64,000 nt of DNA from Candidatus Omnitrophota bacterium (GCA_020341815.1 CP070837.1:135229-199228); one strand, 5' to 3'; positions 1 through 9,613 are shown, numbered from the stretch's first letter. Notes: generated from the letters alone by a model not told the origin. Translations and numbers: made by a program.

Positions 1-1368
1 CTGGATGATTTGCGGCTTATTTTGAAGATAGAGGTCAAATCAGTCCTGGCGGCAGAAAGTGATATTTTAGAAGCGATTAGAAAATATTACGGAGTCGGTG
101 CTGATACGATAGAGACAATGGAGATAGAGCCTTCTTCTTCGGATAACCTGGAGACTTTCAAGGTCTCCAAAGAGGACTTAGAAGGCTTAGCCCAGGATGC
201 CTCCATCGTCAGATTTGTCAATCAGATATTAATGCAGGCCCTTAATGATAGAGCCACCGATATTCATATCGAGCCCTTTGAAGATCAGCTGCGCGTGAGA
301 TTTCGCATCGACGGAGTGCTTTATGATGCCAGCGTACCTTCCAACATTAAATTCTTTCACTCTGCGATTGTCTCGCGAATAAAGGTAATGGCCAATCTGG
401 ATATCGCAGAAAGGCGCCTGCCGCAGGACGGCCGGATAGTAATTAGGCTTGCCGATAAAGATTTGGACCTGCGTATTTCTGTTTTGCCTACTCCTTACGG
501 AGAGACTGTAGATATCAGAATTCTTGTTCCGGGCATGCTTTTTAGCCTGAAAGATTTAGGTCTCTTAGAAAGTGATTTAAAGATTTTAGAGTCTTTAATC
601 AAAAAACCGCACGGAATAGTTTTTGTTACAGGTCCCACCGGAAGCGGCAAGACCACCACTTTATATGCCTGTCTTACTAAAATTAACGATGCCCAAAAAA
701 AGATTATTACTATCGAAGACCCTATTGAATATCAGATAAAGGGCGTAACCCAGGTTCAAATTCAGCCCAAGATTAACTTAAGCTTTGCCCAGGGCTTACG
801 TTCGATGTTAAGGCACGACCCGGATATTATGATGGTAGGGGAAGTAAGAGACAGAGAGACGGCTGATATAACTATCCGCGTAGCTTTGACGGGGCATCTA
901 GTTTTCAGCACTTTGCATACCAATGACGCAGCCGGAGGAGTGGCCCGGCTCCTGGATATCGGTATCGAGCCATATTTAGTTGCTTCATCGGTTGAGTGTT
1001 TTATTGCTCAGCGCCTTGTGCGCCTTATCTGTCCTAAATGCAAGCATGAAGTTAAATTAGAAGAAGATATGCTGCAGCAGTTACAGCTTAGGCCTGAGGA
1101 CGTCTCCGGGATTAAGTTCTATGCGGGTAGAGGATGTGAGTTCTGCAAGTTTACAGGATACAGGGGGCGCACGGGAATTTATGAGTTTTTACTGATAGAT
1201 GAACGGATTAGAGAATTGATCTTACAAAGAGTCTCAGCCGATCAAATGAAAAAGGCGGCTGTATCGGCCGGCATGCATACCCTGCGCCAGGATGGCTGGG
1301 AGAAGATAAAAATGGGTCTGACTACCCCCGCCGAAGTAGTCAGGGTTACTCAGCAGGAACAGATGTAA
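1..1368 (+). CDS. Type II secretion / type IV pilus assembly ATPase (GspE/PilB family), 5'-truncated by window start
   Basis: The frame is open from position 1. It has a Walker A motif (VFVTGPTGSGKTTTLYA), an Asp box and a C-terminal CxxC...CxxC zinc motif typical of GspE/PilB. Confidence 0.85.
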   Translation: MDDLRLILKIEVKSVLAAESDILEAIRKYYGVGADTIETMEIEPSSSDNLETFKVSKEDLEGLAQDASIVRFVNQILMQALNDRATDIHIEPFEDQLRVRFRIDGVLYDASVPSNIKFFHSAIVSRIKVMANLDIAERRLPQDGRIVIRLADKDLDLRISVLPTPYGETVDIRILVPGMLFSLKDLGLLESDLKILESLIKKPHGIVFVTGPTGSGKTTTLYACLTKINDAQKKIITIEDPIEYQIKGVTQVQIQPKINLSFAQGLRSMLRHDPDIMMVGEVRDRETADITIRVALTGHLVFSTLHTNDAAGGVARLLDIGIEPYLVASSVECFIAQRLVRLICPKCKHEVKLEEDMLQQLQLRPEDVSGIKFYAGRGCEFCKFTGYRGRTGIYEFLLIDERIRELILQRVSADQMKKAAVSAGMHTLRQDGWEKIKMGLTTPAEVVRVTQQEQM

Positions 1369-1492
1369 TATCCCTTCAAAAAGCGCGTTGTGCTTCCCTT
1401 CACGAAACAACTTCCTTGACATTCGTTGATTTTCTTGGTAAATCTATGTATAGTCGCTGATTACTATCCAATAAAAAAAAGGGGGCGTTTAC

Positions 1493-3469
1493 TTGAATTT
1501 GCTTTTTGGTGTGCATAATCATCAGCCGGTAGGTAACTTTGAAAACGTCTTTCAGAAAGCAAATCGGGAGTGTTATCGCCCCTTTGTGGACACCCTCTAT
1601 AACTTCCCCTCCATTAAATGCACTTTCCACTTTAGCGGTTCCCTGATAGATTGGTTATTAAAAAACGACCCCGGTCTCCTTAAGAAAGTCAAAGAGATGC
1701 TTAAGCGTGGACAGGTGGAAATCTTAACAGGCGCATATTATGAGGCGGTTCTGTCCGTTATCCCGCAGAGGGACCGCTTAGGTCAAATTGATATGCTCAG
1801 CGGTTTTATCAAAGATTACTTTGAGTATGAGCCCAAGGGCATATGGCTGGGCGAGAGGGTTTGGGAGCCGCAGCTGGTAAAGACCTTGTGCGAGGCAGGA
1901 GTAAAATATACTATTTTAGATGAAGCGCATTTTCGTCTGGCGGGGATGGATGAGGAAAAAATAAAGGGTTATTATCTTACCGAGGACGAAGGAGAAACTC
2001 TGGCAATATTTCCTATCAACGAAAAATTGAGATATATTGTTCCCTTTTCGCTGCCGAGAGAGCCCATTAGATATTTGAAAAAATTGGCGGATGAAGGCGA
2101 AATTAACGCCTGCACAATAGTGGATGACGGGGAAAAATTCGGTCTTTGGCCCGGCACCCATAAATGGGTTTATAAAGAAAAGTGGCTGGAGAAGTTCTTC
2201 CAGCTCGTTGTAAAAAATCAGGATTGGCTGAAGACAGAGACTATCCATAACTATATGCAGAGAGAAAAACCTCAAGGGTTATTTTATCTTCCCTGTGCCA
2301 GCTATGACAGAATGGTTGTCTGGTCCGGAGGCTTCTTTAGGAATTTCTTTGTGAAATATCCTGAGGCAAATAATCTGCATAAGCGGATGCTTTATGTGAG
2401 CGATAGATTAAAAGATGAAGGCGACAGAGAAATAAAGAAATATCTCTATATGGGGCAATGCAATTGCCCTTACTGGCACGGAGTATTCGGGGGGATATAT
2501 TTGACGCATCTGAGGCACGCTGCTTATAAGAATATTATCACCGCCCAGGCCCTTCTTGAAAAGAAACAGAAGAAGCCTTTTCTGGAGAGCGAGATGTTCG
2601 ATTTTGATAAGGACGGCCATAACGAAATACTTATCAGGAATCCGCTTTTAAATATATTTGTCGCGCCAGCCCGCGGCGGGGCGATTTTCGAGATGGATTA
2701 TTTAGAACGTCCTATTAATCTGATGGATACGATGAGCAGGCGCCCTGAATCATATCATGAAAAAATTAAAACCAGCCTTAAAAAGCGCTTGCACCTGGGA
2801 AAGAAAAAGATTGTCAGTATCCATGATTTGCTAAGAAGCAAAGAAAAGGGCCTGGAGAAGTTTCTGATTTATGATTCCTACAGGCGAGCCTCACTCTTGG
2901 AGCACTTTTTCTATCAGGATTTAAGCTTTGAAGATTTCAGGAATTCGCGCTATGAAGAGCTGGGCGACTTCATCAATGCCCCATATTCCTTCAGACAGAG
3001 AAGAGATAAGGATACGCTTTCGCTAATTTTATCCAGGCGCGGCACCTTAAATTATAAGGGCGAAAGAGTTCTTCTGGGTCTTTCCAAAGAACTCTCTTTA
3101 AATACACAAGAGGCCCAGGTTATGATTAAATATAATCTGGAGAATTTAAGCAACAGGCCTCTAAAGATAATTTTTGCTGTAGAGTTTAATTTTTCAGTAC
3201 AAGGTAAACTTCAGCCCGATAATTTCCCTATTGAAGCAGAGCGGTTAAGCCTGCGCGATGAGGCCGCAGGCATAGAGTGCGCTTTCGGTTTTGATAAAAG
3301 GCCTAAACTCTGGGCGCATCCCTTAGAGACCGTTTCCGCTTCCGAATCAGGGTTTGAACGCAATTACCAGCAGAGGGTCCTCCTGCCTTTCTGGCCCATC
3401 ACGTTGGAAAAAACCTGGCAGACTGATATAAAAATAGCTGTTTCTAATTGCAATTTGGATGATATTTAG
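1493..3469 (+). CDS. Glycoside hydrolase family 57 (4-alpha-glucanotransferase / alpha-amylase-like)
   Basis: N-terminal HNHQP motif, GH57-like length (658 aa) and a TTG start preceded by a GGGGG RBS. Lies near other glycogen genes. Confidence 0.75.
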   Translation: MNLLFGVHNHQPVGNFENVFQKANRECYRPFVDTLYNFPSIKCTFHFSGSLIDWLLKNDPGLLKKVKEMLKRGQVEILTGAYYEAVLSVIPQRDRLGQIDMLSGFIKDYFEYEPKGIWLGERVWEPQLVKTLCEAGVKYTILDEAHFRLAGMDEEKIKGYYLTEDEGETLAIFPINEKLRYIVPFSLPREPIRYLKKLADEGEINACTIVDDGEKFGLWPGTHKWVYKEKWLEKFFQLVVKNQDWLKTETIHNYMQREKPQGLFYLPCASYDRMVVWSGGFFRNFFVKYPEANNLHKRMLYVSDRLKDEGDREIKKYLYMGQCNCPYWHGVFGGIYLTHLRHAAYKNIITAQALLEKKQKKPFLESEMFDFDKDGHNEILIRNPLLNIFVAPARGGAIFEMDYLERPINLMDTMSRRPESYHEKIKTSLKKRLHLGKKKIVSIHDLLRSKEKGLEKFLIYDSYRRASLLEHFFYQDLSFEDFRNSRYEELGDFINAPYSFRQRRDKDTLSLILSRRGTLNYKGERVLLGLSKELSLNTQEAQVMIKYNLENLSNRPLKIIFAVEFNFSVQGKLQPDNFPIEAERLSLRDEAAGIECAFGFDKRPKLWAHPLETVSASESGFERNYQQRVLLPFWPITLEKTWQTDIKIAVSNCNLDDI

Positions 3470-3511
3470 TTATAATCAATGCACGCAGATAGATAAAGAA
3501 GGAGGGGGAAG

Positions 3512-4369
3512 ATGCTCCTGAAGATAAGCGCCTTTTGCAGCATTAACCTGGTCCAGTTTTTATTTATTATTTTAGCCATTTATCTCTCGGGTGTATTAAT
3601 CATCAGGCTGATAAATAGATGGGTAAAGGACGTGCACCATCGCCATACGGGGCGCAAGATTACGCTTTACACGACAGTGCTGGCTATTCTGATAGTTTCT
3701 CTGATATTCTGGCTGGAAAGCGTAAAGCCGGTGGCGGTGATGATAAGTATTGTAGGCGCCGGTCTTGTAGTAGCCTTGCAGGAAGTAATCCTTTGTTTTT
3801 TCGGTTGGATTTTGATAATTTTTAAGCGTCCCTTCAGCGTAGGGGACCGGGTGGAAATTGGCTCGGTTAAAGGAGACGTCATCGATGTACGGATGTTTCA
3901 GACCGCGCTTCTTGAGGTGGGTAACTGGGTTAGCGCTGAGCAGAGCACCGGCAGGGTGGTACATGTTCCCAACAGCAGCGTATTCAGGGAAAGGGTATTT
4001 AACTATACCAAAGGCTTTGCCTTTATCTGGAACGAGGTCAAGGTAACCGTTACTTTTGAGACCAACTGGGCCAAGGCCAAAGAGATTGTTTTGCGCCAGG
4101 CCGGCTCCCAAGCAGATGAACTGAAAGCAAAGGCGCAGACGTCCATTGAAAAAATGGCTCAGCGCTATATGATTCATTATGAGAAATTTACGCCTATTGT
4201 CTATGTAAACATCGTTGATTATGGCGTAGAGCTTACCTTGCGTTATCTGACGCAGGTACGCGAAAGGCGCACGACCGAGGACAGGATATCGCGAGGTATC
4301 CTGGAGGAGTTTAACCGGGAAAAGGATATACAGTTTGCTTATCCTACTTACCGCATTGTAAAAAAATGA
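3512..4369 (+). CDS. mscS: Small-conductance mechanosensitive channel (MscS family)
   Basis: Three N-terminal transmembrane helices and an MscS beta-domain motif (PFSVGDRVEIGSVKGDVIDV). Confidence 0.8.
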   Translation: MLLKISAFCSINLVQFLFIILAIYLSGVLIIRLINRWVKDVHHRHTGRKITLYTTVLAILIVSLIFWLESVKPVAVMISIVGAGLVVALQEVILCFFGWILIIFKRPFSVGDRVEIGSVKGDVIDVRMFQTALLEVGNWVSAEQSTGRVVHVPNSSVFRERVFNYTKGFAFIWNEVKVTVTFETNWAKAKEIVLRQAGSQADELKAKAQTSIEKMAQRYMIHYEKFTPIVYVNIVDYGVELTLRYLTQVRERRTTEDRISRGILEEFNREKDIQFAYPTYRIVKK

Positions 4370-4480
4370 ACCCCGCCCTTCCCAACACTATGCTTTGCAT
4401 AAGAGATATTGGCGAAGGCAATAAAAGGAAGGGTTGGGGATATAACCCTGGCATAGCGATGAAAGGAAGAGCGGGGTGAA
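4366..4480 (+). repeat. IR-flanked intergenic repeat element (RPE/MITE-like), copy 1, subfamily A
   Basis: Left end TGAACCCCGCCCTTCC includes the mscS stop. Right end GGAAGAGCGGGGTGAA includes the SD-like motif and the glgC GTG start. Core is TTGCATAAGAGATATTGGCGAAGGCAATAAAAGG. Confidence 0.8.
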
Positions 4481-5696
4481 TAAGATACTTACATTTATTA
4501 TGGCCGGAGGAAAAGGGGAAAGACTTTTTCCTTTGACCAGGGAAAGAACCAAGCCGGCGACTCCCTTCGGAGGCGTCTATCGAATTATTGATTTTACTTT
4601 AAGCAATTGCATCAATTCGGGCCTACGCAAAGTCTGCGTGCTTACTCAATATAAATCCAGCTCCCTTAATCATCACTTAACTATGGGCTGGAGTATCTTA
4701 AACAGCGAATTGGGTGAGTATATCGATGCTGTTCCGGCCCAGCAGAGAATTAGCGATACCTGGTACTTAGGCACGGCCGATTCTATTTATCAAAATCTTT
4801 ATCTGGTTATCGAAGAGACCCCTGATTATGTCCTTATTCTGGCTGGCGACCATATATATAAGATGGACTATGGCCAGATGCTCCAGTTTCATCGCAAAAG
4901 ACGCGCCGACCTTACGGTTGCAGTTGTGGAGGCTCAAAAGGAAGAGGCTCATCGCTTGGGTATCCTTGAGGTCGACAGGAGGATGCAGGTGCGGGGTTTT
5001 CAGGAAAAACCCAAAGGGCCTGAGGGTATTTTCGGCAGAACAGACTCTGTCTATGCCTCGATGGGGATATATGTTTTTAGCCGGGAAGTCCTGATTGAGG
5101 AACTGGCCGAAGATGCTGCCAGGCAAAACTCTGAACACGACTTTGGGAAAAATATAATTCCCCAGATGGTCGGCAAGCGAAAGAAGATTTTTGCCTATAA
5201 TTTCAAAGACCCCGAAAGCAATACGCCGAAATACTGGAGAGATGTGGGGGATATCGATGCCTATTATGAGGCAAATATGGATTTGGTGCGGGTTACGCCC
5301 GAATTTAATCTCTATGATAAAGAGTGGCCTATTCGTACTTATCAGGAGCAGTTTCCCCCGGCAAAGACCGTCTGGAGCGGCCAGGAAAATAAACGGCGCA
5401 TCGGCCAGGCTATTAATTCTCTGATTGCCAGCGGATGTATTATAAGCGGAGGCTTGGTAAAGAATTCTATCCTTTCTCCTGCGGTGCGCATTAATAGCTT
5501 TGCCGAGGTTTATGATTCCATTATTATGGAAGGCGCAGAAATCGGAAGGTTTGCTAAAATCAAAAGGGCAATCATCGATAAAAATGTCAGGGTTTCTCAA
5601 GATGCGACAATCGGCTACGACCCGATAGAAGACAGAAAGAGATTTACGGTTAGCGAATCAGGAATTACCGTGGTAGGCAAAGGGGCCAGCGTCTAA
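4476..5696 (+). CDS. glgC: Glucose-1-phosphate adenylyltransferase
   Basis: N-terminal MNKILTFIMAGGKGERLFPLT nucleotidyltransferase motif. GTG start lies inside the repeat element. Confidence 0.9.
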   Translation: MNKILTFIMAGGKGERLFPLTRERTKPATPFGGVYRIIDFTLSNCINSGLRKVCVLTQYKSSSLNHHLTMGWSILNSELGEYIDAVPAQQRISDTWYLGTADSIYQNLYLVIEETPDYVLILAGDHIYKMDYGQMLQFHRKRRADLTVAVVEAQKEEAHRLGILEVDRRMQVRGFQEKPKGPEGIFGRTDSVYASMGIYVFSREVLIEELAEDAARQNSEHDFGKNIIPQMVGKRKKIFAYNFKDPESNTPKYWRDVGDIDAYYEANMDLVRVTPEFNLYDKEWPIRTYQEQFPPAKTVWSGQENKRRIGQAINSLIASGCIISGGLVKNSILSPAVRINSFAEVYDSIIMEGAEIGRFAKIKRAIIDKNVRVSQDATIGYDPIEDRKRFTVSESGITVVGKGASV

Positions 5697-6970
5697 TGCG
5701 ATTGAACATTACCGAGAAAATATTGTTAGCGCATACAGATCGAGAAGAGATCTCACCCGGAGAAATTATTGAGGCCCGCGTAGATTTGGCCCTGGGCAAC
5801 GATATTACCGCGCCCCTTGCTATTAAAAAATTCAAGGCCGCAGGCATCAAAAAGGTGTTCAACCGCGAAAGGATTGCTCTTGTCTGCGACCATTTTGTGC
5901 CCAATAAGGACGCTCCCAGCGCCCGTCAGTGCCGGATGGTTGAAGACTTCGCCCGTGATTTTAAGATTAATCATTTTTATCCCCTGGGAGAAGGCGGCAT
6001 TGAGCATGTGCTTTTGCCTGAGGCGGGCCTGGTTCTTCCGGGAGATTTGATTATAGGGGCCGATTCGCACACCTGCACCTACGGCGCCTTAGGGGCCTTT
6101 TCCACAGGAGTGGGCTCAACGGATTTAGCGGCGGTCTGGATTACGGGAAAGATTTGGCTGCGCGTGCCCGAATCGATGAAGTTTATCTATTCCGGAAAAT
6201 TAAGACCCTGGGTAGGCGGCAAAGACCTTATCCTGCACACCATAGGCGATATCGGGGTCTCCGGAGCTACATATAAGGCCATGGAGTTTACCGGGCCTGC
6301 GATTAAACATTTGTCCATGGATGACAGATTCTCGATGTGTAATATGGCTATTGAGGCCGGGGCAAAATCAGGGATAATTGAAGCGGATAAAATAACGCGT
6401 AAATATATTAATTCAGTCGCTAGTCGCTTGTCGCTAGTATCTAGTAAAAGATTTTATAAAAGCGATAGGAACGCCAGGTATTGCGACATGAGGGAATATG
6501 ACGTAAGTAAACTCCAGCCGCAGGTGGCCTGTCCGCATCTGCCCAGCAACGTAAAGCCCGTAGGCGAGCTGAAAAAAGTAAGCATAGACCAGGCGGTAAT
6601 CGGCTCCTGCACCAACGGGCGGATTTCCGATTTGATGACAGCGGCCAGAGTCCTGAAAAACAAAAAGGCTAATTCCCGGGTAAGGTTAATCGTTTTTCCG
6701 GGCACGCAGCAGATTTATCAAGAGGCCCTGAAGATGGGCTTAATGGATATATTTATTGATGCCGGTGCAACTATTTGTCCGCCTACCTGCGGGCCCTGCC
6801 TTGGCGGGCATATGGGCGTTTTAGGTGATAAAGAAGTGGCTATCGCCACCACTAATCGTAATTTCCGCGGTAGAATGGGGGCTTTAACAAGTAAGGTGTA
6901 TTTGTCTAATCCGGCTGTAGCAGCGGCAAGTGCCGTTCATGGCACGATTACGCATCCGGGAGAGAGTTGA
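5696..6970 (+). CDS. leuC: 3-isopropylmalate dehydratase large subunit (archaeal-type LeuC/aconitase family)
   Basis: Aconitase-family Cys ligands (CTNGR, CGPC) at a length of 424 aa. Followed by leuD and leuB. Confidence 0.85.
   Translation: MRLNITEKILLAHTDREEISPGEIIEARVDLALGNDITAPLAIKKFKAAGIKKVFNRERIALVCDHFVPNKDAPSARQCRMVEDFARDFKINHFYPLGEGGIEHVLLPEAGLVLPGDLIIGADSHTCTYGALGAFSTGVGSTDLAAVWITGKIWLRVPESMKFIYSGKLRPWVGGKDLILHTIGDIGVSGATYKAMEFTGPAIKHLSMDDRFSMCNMAIEAGAKSGIIEADKITRKYINSVASRLSLVSSKRFYKSDRNARYCDMREYDVSKLQPQVACPHLPSNVKPVGELKKVSIDQAVIGSCTNGRISDLMTAARVLKNKKANSRVRLIVFPGTQQIYQEALKMGLMDIFIDAGATICPPTCGPCLGGHMGVLGDKEVAIATTNRNFRGRMGALTSKVYLSNPAVAAASAVHGTITHPGES
6414..6446. repeat. Heptamer tandem array inside leuC (AGTCGCT AGTCGCT TGTCGCT AGTATCT AGTA)
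   Basis: The 7-bp periodic repeat is directly visible. About 30 nt nearly match the array at 15675-15712. Confidence 0.6.
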
Positions 6971-7032
6971 TAAAGCCTTGAGGCGTTTTTGAATACAATG
7001 AAGACGAACCTTAAAACAAAGGAGCGGATACA

Positions 7033-7395
7033 ATGAAAAGAATAGTTTGTATCTTATTGAGCGTTATTCTCCTTAGTGGTTGTGCAGGCAAGAAGATAGC
7101 CCAAGTTCCAGGGGTAAGTTATGATAACGGCATTACTAAAGAAGAGGCAAAGATAATTGCCAAGGAATACTTCCTTGATTCAAAATATAAAAATAAATTT
7201 CGCTCTACAGATGCTGGAGTATTGAGCAGCGTGGAAACAGCGCAACATCCGGATAGCTGGTTTATTATGTTTCGCCCCAAGAAAATGAAATGGATAAAGT
7301 ATAAACACATTGTCGGGGTTGATAAAAAGACAGGAAAGATAACATTTGAGGGAACGCTTTCTCCTTCGGGACTTTCCTCCTCTACACCTTATTAA
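7033..7395 (+). CDS. Small lipoprotein of unknown function
   Basis: Signal peptide with lipobox LLSGC-AG. Inserted between leuC and leuD. Confidence 0.6.
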   Translation: MKRIVCILLSVILLSGCAGKKIAQVPGVSYDNGITKEEAKIIAKEYFLDSKYKNKFRSTDAGVLSSVETAQHPDSWFIMFRPKKMKWIKYKHIVGVDKKTGKITFEGTLSPSGLSSSTPY

Positions 7396-7396
7396 A

Positions 7397-7885
7397 ATGA
7401 AGCTTAAAGGCAAAGTTCATAAGTTCGGCAGCAATATCAATACGGATGAGATAATTCCGGCCAAGTTCCTGAATATCAGTGAGGCTAAAGAGCTGGGTGC
7501 GCATTGCATGGAAGGGATAGCGCCGGGTTTTGCAAAAAAAGTGGAAAAGGGCGATATAATAGTAGCCGGGAAAAACTTTGGCTGCGGCTCATCCCGTGAG
7601 CATGCGCCCGTTTCCATCAAGGCCTGCGGGATTAGTTGCGTGTTAGCCGAAAGTTTCGCCCGTATTTTTTATCGCAATGCTATTAATATCGGCCTGCCAA
7701 TTTTAGAGTGCAGCCAGGTAAAGAGGATTTCTAAAAATAGTTTAGTGGAAATAGATCTGGATAACGGGGAAATCAGGGATTTGACCAAAAATAAAGTCTA
7801 TTCTGGGCAGGGTTTTCCTAAATTCATGCAGGAGTTGATCAAGGCAGGAGGACTCTTGCCTTACATAAGAAAGGGACATCGCTAA
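7397..7885 (+). CDS. leuD: 3-isopropylmalate dehydratase small subunit
   Basis: [25 protein letters not shown] is a typical LeuD N-terminus. The ATG lies 1 nt after the lipoprotein stop. Confidence 0.85.
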   Translation: MKLKGKVHKFGSNINTDEIIPAKFLNISEAKELGAHCMEGIAPGFAKKVEKGDIIVAGKNFGCGSSREHAPVSIKACGISCVLAESFARIFYRNAINIGLPILECSQVKRISKNSLVEIDLDNGEIRDLTKNKVYSGQGFPKFMQELIKAGGLLPYIRKGHR

Positions 7886-8953
7886 ATGAGCAGGAATTAC
7901 AAGATTGCCGTAGTGCCCGGAGATGGAACGGGTCCGGAAGTAGTCAGAGAGGGCTTGAAGGTCTTGAAGGCGGTAAGCGAAATTAGCGGCTTTAAATATA
8001 CCTTGAAGGAGTTTGATTACGGGGCAGAACGTTATTTAAAGACAAACAAGGTGCTTTCCGATTCAGCTTTAGCTGAGTTTAAAAAGTTTGATGCTATTTA
8101 CCTTGGCGCGGTGGGCGACCCGCGGGTAAAGCCGGGGATACTGGAGCAGGGCCTTCTTTTAAAGATGAGATTTGGCCTGCAGCAGTATATTAATCTGCGG
8201 CCGGTAAAGCTTTATCCGGGTGTCTGGACACCTCTTAGAGACAAGGGTCCTGAGGATATCGATTTTGTGGTGGTGCGCGAAAATAATGAAGGTTTATATG
8301 TGGGAGAGGGAAAGTTTATTAAAAAAGGCACCAAGAATGAAGTGGCCCTTCAGGTTTCACGCAACAGCCGAAGTGGTGTCGAGCGCTGTATTCGTTATGC
8401 CTTTGAGTTTACCCGAAAGCGCAACAAGAGAAAAAAACTCACCCTTTGCGGTAAGACTAATGTCTTGACTTATGCCTGGGACCTGTGGGAGCGCACCTTT
8501 GGCGAGGTGGCCAAGGAATATTCCGATATCACCACCGATTATGCCCATGTGGATGCAACGTGTATGTGGATGGTGAAGAACCCTGAGTGGTTTGACGTGA
8601 TTGTTACGGATAATATGTTCGGTGATATTATTACCGACCTGGGCGCAATGATTCAGGGTGGGATGGGCATTGCCGCAGGGGGCAATATCAACCCCCAAGG
8701 AGTTTCCATGTTTGAGCCGATTGGCGGCTCGGCCCCCAAATATACCGGCAAGAACTTAATCAATCCTTTGGCGGCAATCTGTGCCCTGGGAATGCTGCTC
8801 GATGAATTAGGGGAAGAAGAGGCCGCTACAACGATAGAGAAGTCGGTAATGCATGTAACCGCAAATAAACTAAAAAGTCTCTCCGCTGGAAAAATGGGTT
8901 ATTCCACCAGCGAGGTGGGGGACTTAGTGGCGGAGAACTTAAGCAGGGGTTAG
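7886..8953 (+). CDS. leuB: 3-isopropylmalate dehydrogenase
   Basis: N-terminal [16 protein letters not shown] and isocitrate/isopropylmalate dehydrogenase motifs. Confidence 0.9.
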   Translation: MSRNYKIAVVPGDGTGPEVVREGLKVLKAVSEISGFKYTLKEFDYGAERYLKTNKVLSDSALAEFKKFDAIYLGAVGDPRVKPGILEQGLLLKMRFGLQQYINLRPVKLYPGVWTPLRDKGPEDIDFVVVRENNEGLYVGEGKFIKKGTKNEVALQVSRNSRSGVERCIRYAFEFTRKRNKRKKLTLCGKTNVLTYAWDLWERTFGEVAKEYSDITTDYAHVDATCMWMVKNPEWFDVIVTDNMFGDIITDLGAMIQGGMGIAAGGNINPQGVSMFEPIGGSAPKYTGKNLINPLAAICALGMLLDELGEEEAATTIEKSVMHVTANKLKSLSAGKMGYSTSEVGDLVAENLSRG

Positions 8954-8955
8954 AA

Positions 8956-9453
8956 ATGGTTTTTTATGAAGAGACATTGCGGGCATTTCAAAAACAAAAA
9001 GTAAAATATGTACTTGTAGGGGGAATTGCCGTTAATCTGCTTGGTGCAATGCGAAGTACCGCTGATTTAGATATTCTTGTCGAAATGAGTGATAATAATT
9101 TGAGAAAGACAGTTAAAATTTTAAAAAGGCAGGGTTATTATGTTAAGCAGCCGGTTGATCCGATAAGCATTGCAATTAGAGAAATAAGAGAAGACTGGAT
9201 TAAGAATAAACACATGAAGGCTTTTAACTTCTATAAAGAAGATGAGTTAAAAGAAGTCGACATAATTATAGAATCGCCCGTATCCTTCAAGGAAGCCAGA
9301 AACAGTGCAATACGTATTAAAGCCGGCGACTTAACTTTACCTGTAATTTCCATAGATAAGCTGATCAAAATGAAAAGCAAGGCAGCGCGCTTGGTTGATA
9401 AATTAGATATAGAAGAGTTAAAGAAAATAAAAAAATTAAGGAAGAAGCTATGA
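8956..9453 (+). CDS. Minimal nucleotidyltransferase-fold protein (DUF6036/MNT-like)
   Basis: hGG-x13-DLD motif (YVLVGGIAVNLLGAMRSTADLDILV). It is an accessory insertion between leuB and asd. Confidence 0.55.
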   Translation: MVFYEETLRAFQKQKVKYVLVGGIAVNLLGAMRSTADLDILVEMSDNNLRKTVKILKRQGYYVKQPVDPISIAIREIREDWIKNKHMKAFNFYKEDELKEVDIIIESPVSFKEARNSAIRIKAGDLTLPVISIDKLIKMKSKAARLVDKLDIEELKKIKKLRKKL

Positions 9454-9608
9454 TTTTTAAATGGGAAAGCCAAAGGGAGCGTCTTTTGAGATTTATGAAG
9501 ATATCACCGAAGAAAAAGTTAGAGTGGCTTCGGGAAATAAATGAATTCACTGCTAAATATTCGTCAAAACGCAGCAACTTAATTCGGCGGAAACTTCGCA
9601 CGAGGTAA
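9450..9608 (+). CDS. Small basic ORF (52 aa) translationally coupled to the nucleotidyltransferase gene
   Basis: ATGA start/stop overlap with the upstream gene. Peptide is MIFKWESQRERLLRFMKISPKKKLEWLREINEFTAKYSSKRSNLIRRKLRTR. Not in the ORF track because it is shorter than 60 aa. Confidence 0.4.
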   Translation: MIFKWESQRERLLRFMKISPKKKLEWLREINEFTAKYSSKRSNLIRRKLRTR

Positions 9609-9613
9609 ATCAA

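Noticed and set aside
4366-4480. Conserved mini-protein gene encoded by the repeat elements (MNPALP...).
   Set aside because: Nucleotide conservation and compensatory arm changes are stronger than peptide conservation. The frame ends after 26, 32 and 18 codons in copies 1, 2 and 3, and copy 3 has a TAA where copy 5 is open. Selection appears to act on structure, not on a peptide.
4767-5600. Long minus-strand ORFs overlapping conserved plus-strand genes, for example 4767-5600 in glgC, 3596-4177 in mscS, 43782-44348 in rho, 29291-29731 in nadA/nadX and 62719-63093 in nfnB.
   Set aside because: Each is fully antisense to a gene with strong family signatures. None has an RBS or a recognisable motif. 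They look like GC-rich antisense frames, not genes.
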